NCBI RefSeq assembly: GCF_006345805.1
Contig: NC_042997.1
Span: 52,390,001-52,454,000 of the forward strand
Source of the DNA: Octopus sinensis
Taxonomy: Eukaryota
Direction: 5' to 3'
DNA length: 64,000 nt
A program made the translations under genes and the position numbers. Of the stretch, positions 39,328 through 52,460 are shown piece after piece (position 1 is the stretch's first letter; every line of letters starts with the position of its first letter). The notes under the pieces are model-generated. The model worked only from the letters and a program-made list of their open reading frames with translations, had not been told where the DNA came from and did no database searches.

Positions 39328-39790
39328 ATCATCATCATCATCATCATCATTGTTTAACGTCCACTTTTCATGCTGGCATGGGTTGGATGATTTGACTGAG
39401 GACTGGCGAACCAGTGATGCACCAGACTCCAATCTGATCTGGCAGAGTTTCTACAGCTGGATGCCCTTCCTAATGCCAACCACTCCAAGAGTGTAGTGGG
39501 TGCTTTTACGTGCCACCGGCATGAGGGCCAGTCAGGCGGTACTGGCAACCACCACACTCACATGGTGTTTTTTATGTACCACCTGCACAGGAGCCAGTCC
39601 AGCGGCACTGGCAATGACCTCGCTCAAATGTTTTTTCACGTGTCACCAGCACAAGTGCCAGTAAGGCGACACAGGTAACAATCACGCTCGAATGGGGTTT
39701 TTTTTTACGTGCCATTGGCACAGAGGCCAGCTTGTTGCTCTGCTAACGATCTTGCTTGTATGGTACTCTTAGACTTCCACTAGCACGGAT
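39328..39790 (-). mobile_element. RTE 3' UTR with ~5 internal ~65-bp repeats
   Basis: (CAT)n tail followed by repeated ttttacgtgccaccggcac…gccagtcagg…ctggcaac units. Confidence 0.85.
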
Positions 39791-40523
39791 ACATTTTTTG
39801 TCACTTGATAAAAATATGTATTTTGATTGGCATATACTTCATGAGATTTAACCTAACACTGGCTTTGATTGTGATTACTTTTGGATGAAGCTTTTAAATA
39901 ACAATAACTGATAACATTAAGCAAGATATATTCCACTGTCGTCGAATGTCTCTAATCTAAACAATTGATTGAGGATTCAGGCATATCTTTTGTCTAATGA
40001 AACTGATAGCTTAAGCCAGTTTTGTTATGGCTAACCAAATTGAATAATTTATACTTTACTTTTAGTATTGAGTACTTTTCTTCCAGTCATTGCTGTTTAG
40101 TGTGTGTGTGTATTTGTATGTCTATGTGTAAAGGTGGCGCCACAGTATGACTATAATCAAATGACTAAAGCAAGTAAAAGATGAAAGGTGTATGTATGTT
40201 TGTTTGTATGTATGTATGTATGAGTGACACAATCACAAAATCAATAATCAAGACATATTAAAGACTTTTTTTTTACACATGTGTCTTTATTTTATTATGT
40301 GTCTTCATTGTTGATTTAATATTATTTTATTAATTTTAATGTGAGTCACTTTTATTGATTTCTGATTGCACCATTCTTTGTATAGAAAATTCTATGCTAT
40401 GCTTCAAATATATGTAAATATATTTCTGCTTTGCATAGTGTATTGAGCACTCATCAATATGATATGTTGGACTAAATGTCAATTTACTTTGTTAAATATT
40501 TAATGTGTGTATGTGTATACAGG

Positions 40524-40720
40524 TAGAGGCACGTGGCTTAGTGGTTAGGGTGTCAGCATCATGATCGTGGTATCTTGAGCGAAACACTTCATTTCACGTT
40601 GCTCCAGTCCACTCAGCTGGCAAAAATGAGTAACACTGCGATGGACTGGCGTCCCATCCAGCTGGAGAATACACATACTGTTGAAACCGGGAAACCTGGC
40701 CCATGAACCTGGGTAAGCTT
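40524..40720 (+). mobile_element. tRNA-derived SINE (family C-related head, internally deleted)
   Basis: ggcacgTGGCTTAGTGGttagg A box, then ccagtccactcagctggcaaaaatgagt and actgcgatggactggcgtcccatccag. Confidence 0.7.
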
Positions 40721-40964
40721 TAAAAGGGCACATTTATTAATTTTTTTTTTATGTGTATACAGACTGAATACCCAAGCAAAAACAGAATGCCCAAGCAAAA
40801 CATGGTCCTCTGACCCATTTCAGATGGCAATAACTAACTCTGAATAACAATTGTCTCAGATTGCAAATGACACAACCAACTCCTGCCAGCAGAGAAAAGT
40901 CAAAGTAAGACAATTTTTGTGATCTTATGCAAGGGACACTGCTTAATATAAACATGGCTATCTG

Positions 40965-41283
40965 GCACTCTATCGGTTATGACAACGAGGGTTCCAGTTG
41001 ATTTGATCAATGGAACAGCCTGCTTGTGAAATTAACGTGCAAGTGGCTGAGCGCTCCACAGACACATGTACCCTTAATGCAGTTCTCAGGAAAATTCAGC
41101 ATGACACAGAATGTGACAAGCTTGGCCCTTTGAATTACAGGTGCAACTCACTTTTGCCAGCTGAGTAGACTGGAGCAACATGAAATAAAGCGTCTTGCTC
41201 AAGGACATAATGCACTGCCACATATCAACTTCATGACCTTACAATCATGAACCAAATATGATAACCCCCAAGCCACATGCCTT
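40965..41283 (-). mobile_element. SINE family C
   Basis: Homologous to 19440-19748. Confidence 0.75.
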
Positions 41284-41703
41284 TACGTAACCATGGTTAT
41301 TATTTTCGAAATGAGTAGATCCCAAACACTCAGGCAAATGCTTTATGTCATTAGGCAGTTGTTGGTATCTAAAAGGCTTCATCCCAAATGAATCACAATA
41401 ATAAAACAGCTATTATCATCATCATCATCATCTTCATCATTAATTAATGTCTGTTTTTCCTTGCTAGCATGGGTTGGACAGTTTGTCAGGAGTTGGTAAG
41501 CCAGAGGACTGTACCAAGCTCTACTGTCTACTTTGATATTATGCCCTTCCTAACACCAACTGCTTTACAGAGTGTACTAGGTGTTTTTTATGAGGCACTG
41601 GTACCGGTGAGGTCACCAAGTAACTTGCAAGACAGTGGCCTCTCAGCTGAGAAGGGGAGTGGTATTAAAGGAGATGGCTTTGTGCCAGGTGAAGAGAGGT
41701 TAA

Positions 41704-41923
41704 CCCTTTTGTTACCAACCCGGCTGAAACTGGCTCTGACTCTGAGTACAAATGTCTTGTTTCCATAAGTCTTGAATTAAAATCTTCCACCAAACCTTAG
41801 TCACAATTTATGTTCCTAACACTAGCTTAATGATATCTAAGTTATTTTACTAAATTCTTTGTTATATTTAAAGTAACTGAAAGAAACACAGAGCATCTCA
41901 AAATAAATACAGTAATGAAAGGG
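41704..41923. mobile_element. piggyBac-like MITE family 1 (220 bp), opposite orientation
   Basis: TTAA flanks (41700-41703, 41924-41927). The interior is the reverse complement of 18173-18392. Confidence 0.88.
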
Positions 41924-42339
41924 TTAAACTATAATAGAGGGACAGAAACAGGTGTATTGTTGTAGAGGAAGTACATGGTTACCTCAGTCGAAGAGAGAGA
42001 GTGAGAGAGAAGATGGTGGTGAATATGTGCCAGGATATACCCTTAAGGTACGAGGATTGCAAATGAACAATACCACTTATACAACAGTGACACTTTTTTG
42101 CAATTACCACACAATGTCAAGACAAGGATGTATGAAAATATACACCTGTGTACATATATGCATACATATTATATACATACATATTACAGGCTTCTTTCAG
42201 TTTCCTTCTATGAAATTCATTCACAGGGCTTTGGTCAGCCTAAGGTTATAGTAAAAGACATTTCCTGAAAGTGTCATGTTGTGGAACTGAACCCACAATC
42301 ATGTGATTGGGAAGTGAGCTTCTTAACCACACAACCATA

Positions 42340-42387
<48 letters not shown>

Positions 42388-42958
42388 GTTGTTGTTGTTG
42401 TTTGAGATCATATGTCTTGATTATAATTTTTGTAAGACTTTTTGATTAGAAAGTGTATAGAATTTTATCATCAAAGCAATCCATTTACATTTCATCATTA
42501 AAATCCTGTATTGTTACTAGTTTGATAGATCATTGTTTATAGATGTGAACAAGGAGATGGTGGTGATGGCGATGGCGGTGGTTGTCCATCTTCTATTGTA
42601 TCAGTATGTTTCACTCTCTGAATAAAATACATCTCCTTTCTGATTCAAAATGATCTACTTGGTTATAATATACTTTCAGTGGATTATTGTATACACACTT
42701 GCTTTGCAAAGTAGTCTGGCATTTAGCATAAAGCAGATTGAAGACTAAATTTAGAATCAAATCTCGCTACACATTGGCAAAAGCATAAACACTTTCATTA
42801 ATGCAACCAGTTTATAATCTGCTAGGATTAATAAATTTAAACATCTGAGCAAGCCAACAAACATTAGTAAAGTTGATTCTAACATAATATAGTGACCCAA
42901 TGGATTTCAATAAATTGAAATGACACTTGCAGTGAAGAGAGAAAATTCTATAGCTTAA

Positions 42959-43167
42959 CTCTTTTGTTAGCATATTTCCATTGAAATACATTGCCTTTGT
43001 TTTAATTAATTTTGAAAATAATGGACACTTTAATGAAATATTATTAAGCTGACATCTGGAACATAAATTAACATGAAATTTTGATGGAAAGATTTAATTT
43101 ATCTTTAAAGAAGGAAATGGTTATCATAAAATTAGGGGCCATCTCAGGTAGATTGGGCTCAAAAGTG
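42959..43167. mobile_element. Degenerate TTAA-flanked MITE (third family; related fragment at ~29090-29225)
   Basis: TTAA-ctcttttg…caaaagtg-TTAA with decayed CCC/GGG termini. Confidence 0.45.
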
Positions 43168-44354
43168 TTAATGGTTAATTCTGGTCAGTAGGCAGGTAAC
43201 ACACCCCAGAATTTAAATCAATTTAAACAAGAATACAGTTTATTGCCTGAGTTTTTTAAATGTTTCCAAACAACCTTCCTTCTACAGCGCTTCATGCAAC
43301 TGTGTTTCTAGGTTAAGTTCCTCAGCACTTGTAGGTATTAAGCAGATTTGATTTCCAGATGAGGTCTTTAAAAGTTTCTTTCTAAGCAACTTTAGTTGGA
43401 TAATTGTTATTAAATCCCAATCAAGTAAATTTTCAGAGCAGCTAGAGAATTCTAAATGGGACTCTTTTTGAGAATTTCACTATTGACATGATTTTCTACT
43501 GTTCTATTGGAAAATCTGATGTTATTTCTGTGTATTTGATTGAATACCAAATCATCAACATACCCTTGCTTTTTTTTTTTTTTTTCTTGTTTGGTAGGGA
43601 ATGTTTCACTGTAGCCATGCTTCTTAAAGATATAATATCATATAAGCCAGTAAGGGAGATCCTAAGCAGTCATTCAATATGCTAGCAGCTAAATCTATCT
43701 CAAATTACATTCTACCACTTTTTTTTTATAAGGGAAAGACAATGTATTCCTAGATATCAAATGATAATAATAATAATAATAATAATAATAAATGCCTTGA
43801 TGCAGTACCAGGCAGTGGTTCTCATGACTTCTGATCTTAACTGATTTGAAGTGTTATCATGTACATTGTTTTGTTTTAGTATAAAAGATGGGCTACAGCA
43901 AATATTCTGCTCAATACCACAGATTTGCTTGACCTTAACCACTTGAGCATGTCCCTTAGTGACTAACAATACATGCATCTCTGATCCTTGTCCTTTATTA
44001 ACTTTACTAACCTTCCTAAAATTCTCTCAAGCACTTGTTCCTTCTGTCTGAAATCTCTGTATTTGTCTCCCTCTCCAGTGCATCCTCTTTGCCATTTTTT
44101 CAGTTACTACAATTCTGCTGACACTATGCCAGCAATTAAGGTAATATCTGATTGTCTTAGCCTAGTATTTATGTAACCTGATTATTTCAGTTCTTTGAAA
44201 CTGTCCTTGAAGAACCTGAAATTTCTCTTCTGTTCATCTCTTTGTCTTACCATACTTGAAATAATTTCAATAGCTGTTTTCACTTGGAGAAGGTGAGAAT
44301 CTACTTTCTCATTCACTTTATTCAACAGTGCCTCATTGTAAAACTTATTGTTAT

Positions 44355-44386
<32 letters not shown>

Positions 44387-46786
44387 ACTGATTCACTGGG
44401 TCACTACACTTCTGGTGACAACAGTGACAAGGCACTATCACCAATTTTATGGCTTCTGTCATATATTTATATTCTCTGCTAATATTGTTGAAACACACAT
44501 GCACACACATATATGATAGGCTTCCACTCATGAGGTATTGGTTAACCTGGAATTAGAGTTCAGACTTTTGCTCAAGGTACTGTACAGTGGGACCAAACCT
44601 GGACAGAAGTAGTGGGAGAGTATCATAGCCATATGTTGAGAGGAATTCTTTGGGTTTTGAATAATTTACCTCTGGAAACATGGGTGTTTCATTCAACATC
44701 CTTAAACAACCCTTATTCAGGGATCTTTTGAGTAGGATAGGCTACTTGGCCTGAAGAAAATTCTAACTGGGCCCCACCTGCATGGTCATGCATTATTTAT
44801 CTTGATATGAGATCTCCATGTCATGCACATATGTTTGTGATGCATGTGCCTCGTGTACCCTTATCAAACAGGTAGTCATGATGGGTTTACTGGGCTTCAT
44901 ATATTTGTACCCCAGTGTCACCTTGATGGCCTGCACTACTCTCTCACTCAGTATTAATAATAATCCTTTCTACTATAGGTACAAGGCCTGAAATTTCAGG
45001 GGAGAGGACTAGTCAGTTGCATCGACCCCAATGCTTGACTTTTTTATCAACCCCAAAAGGATGAAAGGCAAAGTTGACTTCAGCATAATAATAATAATGA
45101 TGATGATGATGATAACAGAAAACAGGATAGTTACTTGATTAGCTCTGCCCTGGAGCTAGCTAAATGCTAAACAGCAGCACATGACTATTACATCTCATTT
45201 GATTAGTATTGATTTTCAACTTTGGTGTAAACTCACTGATTTAGAGGGGAAGAAACAATTAATAATCAAATCTTTGCCATTTTCAGTTCTTAACTGATAC
45301 TTATTTTATTGACCTCAGGAGAGTGAAAGACAGAGACAGATTCATCAGGATTCAAACTGAGTTGTAAATGAATGCATCTAAATACAAGACATTGTGTCAT
45401 TTGTGTGACTGATTCTGCCATTCCACCAGTCTGCCCTTTGCATGACTGATTCTACAATTCCACGGGTATCTGTACTTTTAGAGCTGACAATTGACAATAT
45501 TTGTCTTTTGCTTATTTCAGTCATTGGACTTCAGCCATGCTTGGGCACTGCTTTGAAGGATTTACTTATAAAAAAACCTAACACAGTACTTCTTTTTTTG
45601 TTATTTTTCTACCAGTCTCTTTTTTAAAACTGCTAAGTTATGGGGACATATACAAACCAACACTGGTTGTCAAGTGGTGGTAGAGGGGTCAGATACACGC
45701 ACACAGATATACATACATATATAAATATAAATCAATACGTAATTGTAAGATCCAATGATCTAAGTGTAGGAAGTTTGTAAACTTCGAGCAATCCATGGTA
45801 GGTATAAAAAACAACATTCAGGAAGAATAGTAATTTATTGCCAAGTGTTGTAGGCTTTTCCCATATCAAAGTTTGATAAGCTGAAAAAGTATTTTTTAGA
45901 GCTTAAGGTTAGCAACTTCAGTTGCTATGGATGCGAATAAAAATCCAAATTGTGGGAGTGGAGCAGGTAAAATTTAGACTACATATGTTTTCTAATTTAC
46001 TAGCTAGCAGGTCTTCTGATGTAATAATTACTCAAAGGGTATTTTCTCATGAAGGTTAGATTATTTTTAAAGAAATCACAAGGTGACTTGCCGAAGATAT
46101 AATATATATATATATGCACACACACACACACACAATGGGCTTCCACACAGTTTCTGTCCCCAAATTCATGTACAAGGCGTTGGTCAGTCCTCAGCCCAGG
46201 GCTATAGTAGAAGACGCTTTCCTAAGGTGCCAGATGGTAGGACTGAACCTGAAACCATGTGATTGCAAAGCAAGCTTTTTAATCACACAGCAATGTAAGC
46301 ATATTGCAGTAGTTCTGACAATACTTAGATATAAATGTTTTTTCTGTGACTAATAATTATTTTTGAGTATATCAAATCTATACAGAGGTCATTCTTATTC
46401 AAAACAGGTCTGATTGAGCAGAACTAAAACTAAAGAAATCCAGCTATGACCATCCCATCTTTTATTTTTTATAAGCATACTATATGTAGGACTCTCTACA
46501 TCATCATATCCATAATATCTTCCAAAATGATTTGGTATGATTTTAATGAGATTTAGCTGCTATTTTTAGCAGGTCAAGCAACTATATAGAGGCTTCCCAT
46601 TTGTTCTTGTGGAAGGTGATATTTCTGGTTTTCCTCTAAAACAATTCAGAAAGAGAATTTAAAATATATACACATGTATTCATGTCTCCATCAATTTTGA
46701 TGTACCCATTGTGCATAACCAAATTGAATAATAGGTGAGTTACTGTTAACAAAATTAATGCATGAAGCATTAAAAATTAACATACA

Positions 46787-46830
<44 letters not shown>

Positions 46831-47068
46831 CGCGTGCACATGCATGTGTACGTGTGTGTATATATATGCCATGATGAATGTAAGGAGTAGACAACCACGA
46901 TATATATTTATATTTTTATATATATAAAACAGAGTCATTAGAGCACCAGATAGAATGTATTGGTGTATTTGTTCTAATCCTCAGCTTTCTTAGTTCAAAT
47001 CTCACTGAGGCTAGCTTTGCTTTTCAGCCTTTTGTGGCTGACAAAAAAAGCACCAGTGTATCCTAGTA

Positions 47069-47138
<70 letters not shown>

Positions 47139-47296
47139 CTCCCTATATCACCTATTATATGTTCTGGTGTGTCATAGGTGGAACAGTCAAGAGTGTCTGT
47201 GTCTGCTCATGGTTACCTGGACACTTCAAACCAGTTGTGAAAACATGGTACATGCTGATATCGAGTAGTCCTCGATTACAAGTGATGGCCATATTC

Positions 47297-47360
47297 TCTT
47301 TTATCTCTTTTACTTGTTTCAGTCATTTGACTGTGACCATGCTGGAACACTGCCTTTAAT
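47297..47360 (-). mobile_element. SINE family A 3' tail
   Basis: ctcttttatctcttttacttgtttcagtcatttgactgtgaccatgctggaacactgccttt matches the tail of 38100-38495. Confidence 0.85.
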
Positions 47361-47365
47361 TTGTG

Positions 47366-47480
47366 ATGCTTACAGTACCTAGGTTTCCCAAGCAGTCACC
47401 CATCTAAGTACTAACTAGGCTCAACATTGCTTAACTTTGGTGATCGGTTGAGAACTGGTGCTTTCAACGTAATATGGCCA
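47366..47480 (-). pseudogene. 5S rRNA: 5S rRNA-derived sequence (pseudogene, missing the first few nt)
   Basis: Minus strand tggccatattacgttgaaagcaccagttctcaaccgatcaccaaagttaagcaatgttgagcctagttagtacttagatgggtgactgcttgggaaacctaggtactgtaagc aligns end to end with invertebrate 5S, mostly with CpG-type transitions. There is no oligo-T terminator. Confidence 0.92.
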
Positions 47481-48470
47481 GAAGGGTAAAAATACTGCTT
47501 GCCAAAGATGAAAGAGAAAGCTTCAAAAACCACCAATGCTACGATAAATACAAACACGAGCAATGCAATGAACACTTTAAAATATAGGCCTACCCTCAGG
47601 ATGGAATTTGAAGATAGTTTACATACCCCAATATCAATTGATTTCATGCTGTGCATGAGGAAAGATGCTTTGCAATCTTCAGATGGAGATAGTAGCATCT
47701 ATTTCCAAAATATTCACTAAGTCAACTCGTGTGCCTTTCAAACTTTAAACATCCCGCTCCGTTTAAAGAGAAAACTATCATAAGCAATAAAAAAGTAACT
47801 ATATGAAAGCATTATTGCTGTTAAAAACAGTAACAATGAGGCGGATAGCAAGACTTCTACCCTAATAGGCATAATATTAAATATTTGAATAAAAGAAGGG
47901 TAAAAATACCACTTGCCAAAGATGAAAGTGAAGGCTTTAAAAACCACCAATCCTACGATAAGTACACACATGAGCAATACACACGATAAATATACACATG
48001 AGCAATACACACGATAAATACACACATGAGCAATACACACGATAAATACACATGAGCAATACACACAATAAATACACACATGGAGAGGGACATTTAAAGT
48101 TCAAAATGCGCATGAGTTGACATAGCGAATATTTTGGAAATAGATGTTACTATCTCCAACTGAAGATTGCAAAGCATGTTTTCTCATGCACAGCATCAAA
48201 TCAATTGATATTGGGGTTTGTAACCTGAAGGTAGGCCTATTTTTTAAAAGTGTTCATTAAACAATCATGATGATGATTTACACAATCATTATTGCATTGC
48301 TCATTTGTGTATTTATCATAGAATTGGTGGTTTTTGAAGCTTTTGCTTTCATCTTTGGTAAGCGTTTTTTTTACCCTTCAAATATTTAATATTATACCTA
48401 TTAAGGTAGAAGTCTTGCTAACCGCCTCATTTTTGCTGTTTTTAACAGCAATAATGCTTTCATATCGTTA

Positions 48471-48474
<4 letters not shown>
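47481..48474. repeat. ~414-bp unit in tandem and inverted copies, with an internal 26-28 bp minisatellite
   Basis: 47481-47550 is repeated at ~47895-47970. 47481-47750 is inverted at 48086-48379, and 47787-47885 is inverted at 48380-48474. (cacatgagcaatacacacgataaata)x~4-5 lies at 47965-48080. Confidence 0.85.
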
Positions 48475-48559
<85 letters not shown>

Positions 48560-48829
48560 TAGGGAAAAGGAGAAAAACAAATATGTGATATGATATTTGA
48601 AGTTAGACAAGTAAAACACTTGATGGAAAAAGCATATTAATAGGAAATGTAATACAAGTGAAAGAATTTGTATAATGCAAATAAATATGCCAATGGAAGT
48701 AACATTTTTGCTCTTTATTAGAGAAAAGTTAAAACAATAAGAGAGGTAAGAAAAGTAGAAACAATACCAAATTTATAAAAACCTATTTACATTATAGTCT
48801 GGGAGTAGAATAATGATTGTGTAAATCAT

Positions 48830-49615
48830 CATCATGATTGTTTAATGTCTGTTTTCCATGCTGGCATGGGTTGGACAGTTTGACTGGGGACTGGCAAGCC
48901 AGGAGGCTGCACCAGGCTCCAATCTGATCTGGCAGTGCTTCTACAGCTGGATGCCCTTCCTAACGCCAACCATTCCGAGAGTGCAGTGGGTGCTTTTTAT
49001 GAGCCACCGGCACAGGAGCCAGTCAGGCAGCACTGGCAACAACCCATGCATGAATGGTGCTTATTGCATGCCACCAGCATGGGAGCCAGTCAGGTGGCAC
49101 TGGCATCGGCCACAACTATGATTTCTATTTGATTTTGATTTTACTTGACTCAGTAGATCTCCTCAAGCACAGCATGTTGCCCGTTACTTTTTCAATGGTC
49201 TGGTTATGCAACAATGGTGTAGGCTACGGCTGTGATCTTACTTTACTTGCCAGGTCTTCTCAATCACTGCATATTTCCAGAGGTCTCAGTCTTTCGTCAT
49301 TGCCTCTGTGAGGCCCAACATTTGAAGGTCATGCTTCACCACCTCATCCCATGTCTTCCTGGGTTTCCCTCTTCCATGGGTTCCTTCCGCTGTCAGGGAG
49401 TGACACTTCTTCACACAGCTCTCCTCATCCATACACAGCACATAACCATACCAGCGTAGTTGTCTCTCTTGCACACCACATCTGATGTTTCTTATGTCCA
49501 ACATTTCTCTCAGGGCACTTACATTCTGTCATGTGTGCACACTGACATTACATATCCAGCAGATCATACTAGCTTCATTTCTTTCAAGCCTATGCATGTC
49601 TTTAGCAGCCATGGC
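48830..49615 (-). mobile_element. RTE LINE C-terminus plus 3' UTR
   Basis: ORF 49286-49504 reads IRCGVQERQLRWYGYV…GRGKPRKTWDEVVKHDLQMLGLTEAMTKD. Confidence 0.9.
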
Positions 49616-49909
49616 CCATGTTTCACTGCTGTGTAAATAAAGGAATAAATTCAAGAATAGTATTTGATTTTTCAGAAATAGTACTTAACTATGATTAAAA
49701 AGTATTGCTTGTATAATTAAGAATGAATTAGAGAATAGTATGAGAAAAGCTTTGAGGAAGTAAGAATTTAGATGAGAGAGTGAGAGAGAGAGAATAAGAA
49801 AGTGATACAGAAGTTTTAGCTGTTCATCCCATCTTTTACATGACTGAATGTTCTAAACCTCCCATCTCTCTTTCACTTTCTTTCTCTCTTTACAGCCTAA
49901 CTTGTTTTT

Positions 49910-49960
<51 letters not shown>

Positions 49961-50474
49961 TTCTTTCTCTTTCTCGTGCTTTCCAAAATCCTTTCCTTCC
50001 ACTCTTCTGACTTATTAATGACATAACCAATATCTTTTCTATAAATTTAGTATCATTTCTGAATATATGAAAGATGAAACTTTAGTTAAAAAGTATTCAT
50101 GAATTTAGTCAATGATATCCTTTATTTGACACTCACACGTTAATTTTGATTCAGACCTTAAAGGTAACTGCCTGTTCCTCTGTTTCTCAAAGTGTCATCA
50201 GCAGTTAGAATGATCCTAATCAATGATGATACTGTGATTATGCAAGGAAACAGGTAGATAGCTGTAGTAGGTGCATTAAAATTCATAAATATAAATTCTA
50301 TGTTTAAAATACATTAAGTCTTTCATTGAAGTGTGGTCTTCTTCAGCTTTGTGTAGTTTACCTTTGTGTAGCATTATATTAATTGAACATGAAACTCAGA
50401 GTCACAAGATATTTTCATTGTATTTTATATTTCACACTACTTGTGTACTTTATTTGTAACCATCCTTATATATA

Positions 50475-50995
50475 CCGTAAATCCTCAAGCATAATCCACA
50501 TTTTTTTCCCAAAATTTAAAGGTCAAAATCCCTAGTGCATACTGTATACGAGGTTAAAAATGAAAATTATTTTCTAAGCAATGTCCGAGTCTCTATTTGC
50601 TGTCCGGCAATGTTTATTCAGATGCATTTTGTGATGTCGGGCACAAAAATACCTTAAGCTAAGCCTGAAAGCAATGAAGTCATAAAAGAATCATCCATAA
50701 CTTGCAGTAAGCAACATTTATTAAACGTTATTACTGTTATTACTGTTATTTCTTTATTTTCTGCAAACAAAATGCACAAAAAAGCTACACGTTTGCATTA
50801 TGTTATATATACAATAATAATAAAGGACATTACCGTATACATTTTTACAAACCAAGGATGTTATATAGACCTCCTTGATTCAAGTTAGAGAAGGGGTGTG
50901 TATTATACACAAGGTTTAGGTTTTTCAGAGGTACAGCCCCATAAAAATCCCCTGCATATTATACTCAAGGGCGGACTATACTTGAGGATTTACGG
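50475..50995. mobile_element. Tc1/mariner-superfamily (pogo-like) MITE, 521 bp
   Basis: TA flanks and a 23-bp TIR CCGTAAATCCTCAAGCATAATCC vs CCGTAAATCCTCAAGTATAGTCC (2 mismatches). Confidence 0.88.
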
Positions 50996-52284
50996 TATAT
51001 ATTAAAAGATTGCTATATTAGTTTCCATGATACATTGAAGAGTACTTCAGCTGTAAATATGTTGTACCTTAAGATCAAAATTTAACTCTCATGTTATACT
51101 TGCCATTGTATGTATGTATGTATATATTTGTGTTCATGCATATGTCAGGGAAATTTTCCAACTGATTATAGAAAATGCTGGAATATGGCTACCTTATTTC
51201 CATAACAGTTAATTTAGTGAATTTTCTCCTGTGAATTTATGTATCCTTGGCAGGACATGAGTAATATTTTGTAACTATAGTATTTCAGCTCACATAGTAG
51301 TAGACATATATTAACATATTTAGACAACGAATATTAGTAAAACTGAACCATAGTGATACTGTGGAGTAGAGTATCAGTGATCATGCCATAGACAAAAGAT
51401 TTTAATACTATTAACTATAAACGAGATAATCAATAAATGTTTTTATTCAACTGTGTGTGTTTTGGATTGTATTTATAGACCAACTTTTCAATATGGTTAG
51501 AAATTAGATTCACACACTCACACAAACATATGTATGTTTTTATTTCACACATCAGAGAAAAAGTACTCAATTCTTAGTGTAGAGTATAGATATTTCTCGT
51601 AAGCACACTCATTCAGTTTAGAAATTCTGAATCAGTTTACAAGCTGAAAAATCAAGACTTAATTTTTTTGTGTCTTGTGAAACTTAGGATACAGGTGAGC
51701 TCTGACTGCCTGTAAACTATAGGCTCTGCTTTCAGTATTGAGTACTCTTTTTATCCATTCATATTAACTCTTAATTCACAATATACATTGAAATATAACA
51801 TTTGAAAGTGGAGTTAATTCAGTTGCTTGACTCCCTTCCCATGCATACACACACACCATCATCATCATCATCATCATCATCATTTTCGCATCCACTTTTC
51901 CCTGCTTCCATGAGTCAAGTGGAATTTGTTAAGGCAGATTTCAACAGCTGGATTCCAACTATCACCTGTTTCCAAAAAAGAGATATTTCCCCTTGGCCTG
52001 ACATGTTTTTATGGTGTATTAGAAATGGTCACACCACTTGTATGATAACAATCATTTACAACTATTGTGCACTGTCAAGACATAGATAGGCATGGATACA
52101 TACATACATACTCGCAGATACACACACACAGATGGACCTACATACCAAATCCATTCTCAAGGCTTTGGTTGGCCCAGAGCTATAGTTGAAGACACCCAAG
52201 CTGCTGCACAGTAAGACTGAACCCAGAAGCATCTGGTTGAGAAGTAAACTTCTTAACAACACAGCTACACACACATGTATGTAT

Positions 52285-52318
<34 letters not shown>

Positions 52319-52460
52319 ATATATATATATATACATATATATAATTTAAATAATGAGGGTGATAAATTGAATATTAATTTAATTAATATCAATTTAAAAC
52401 CAGTAGCCTAGCATATAGAAAATCTGAAACTTCAGAAAAATTTTAATACATGCATATATT

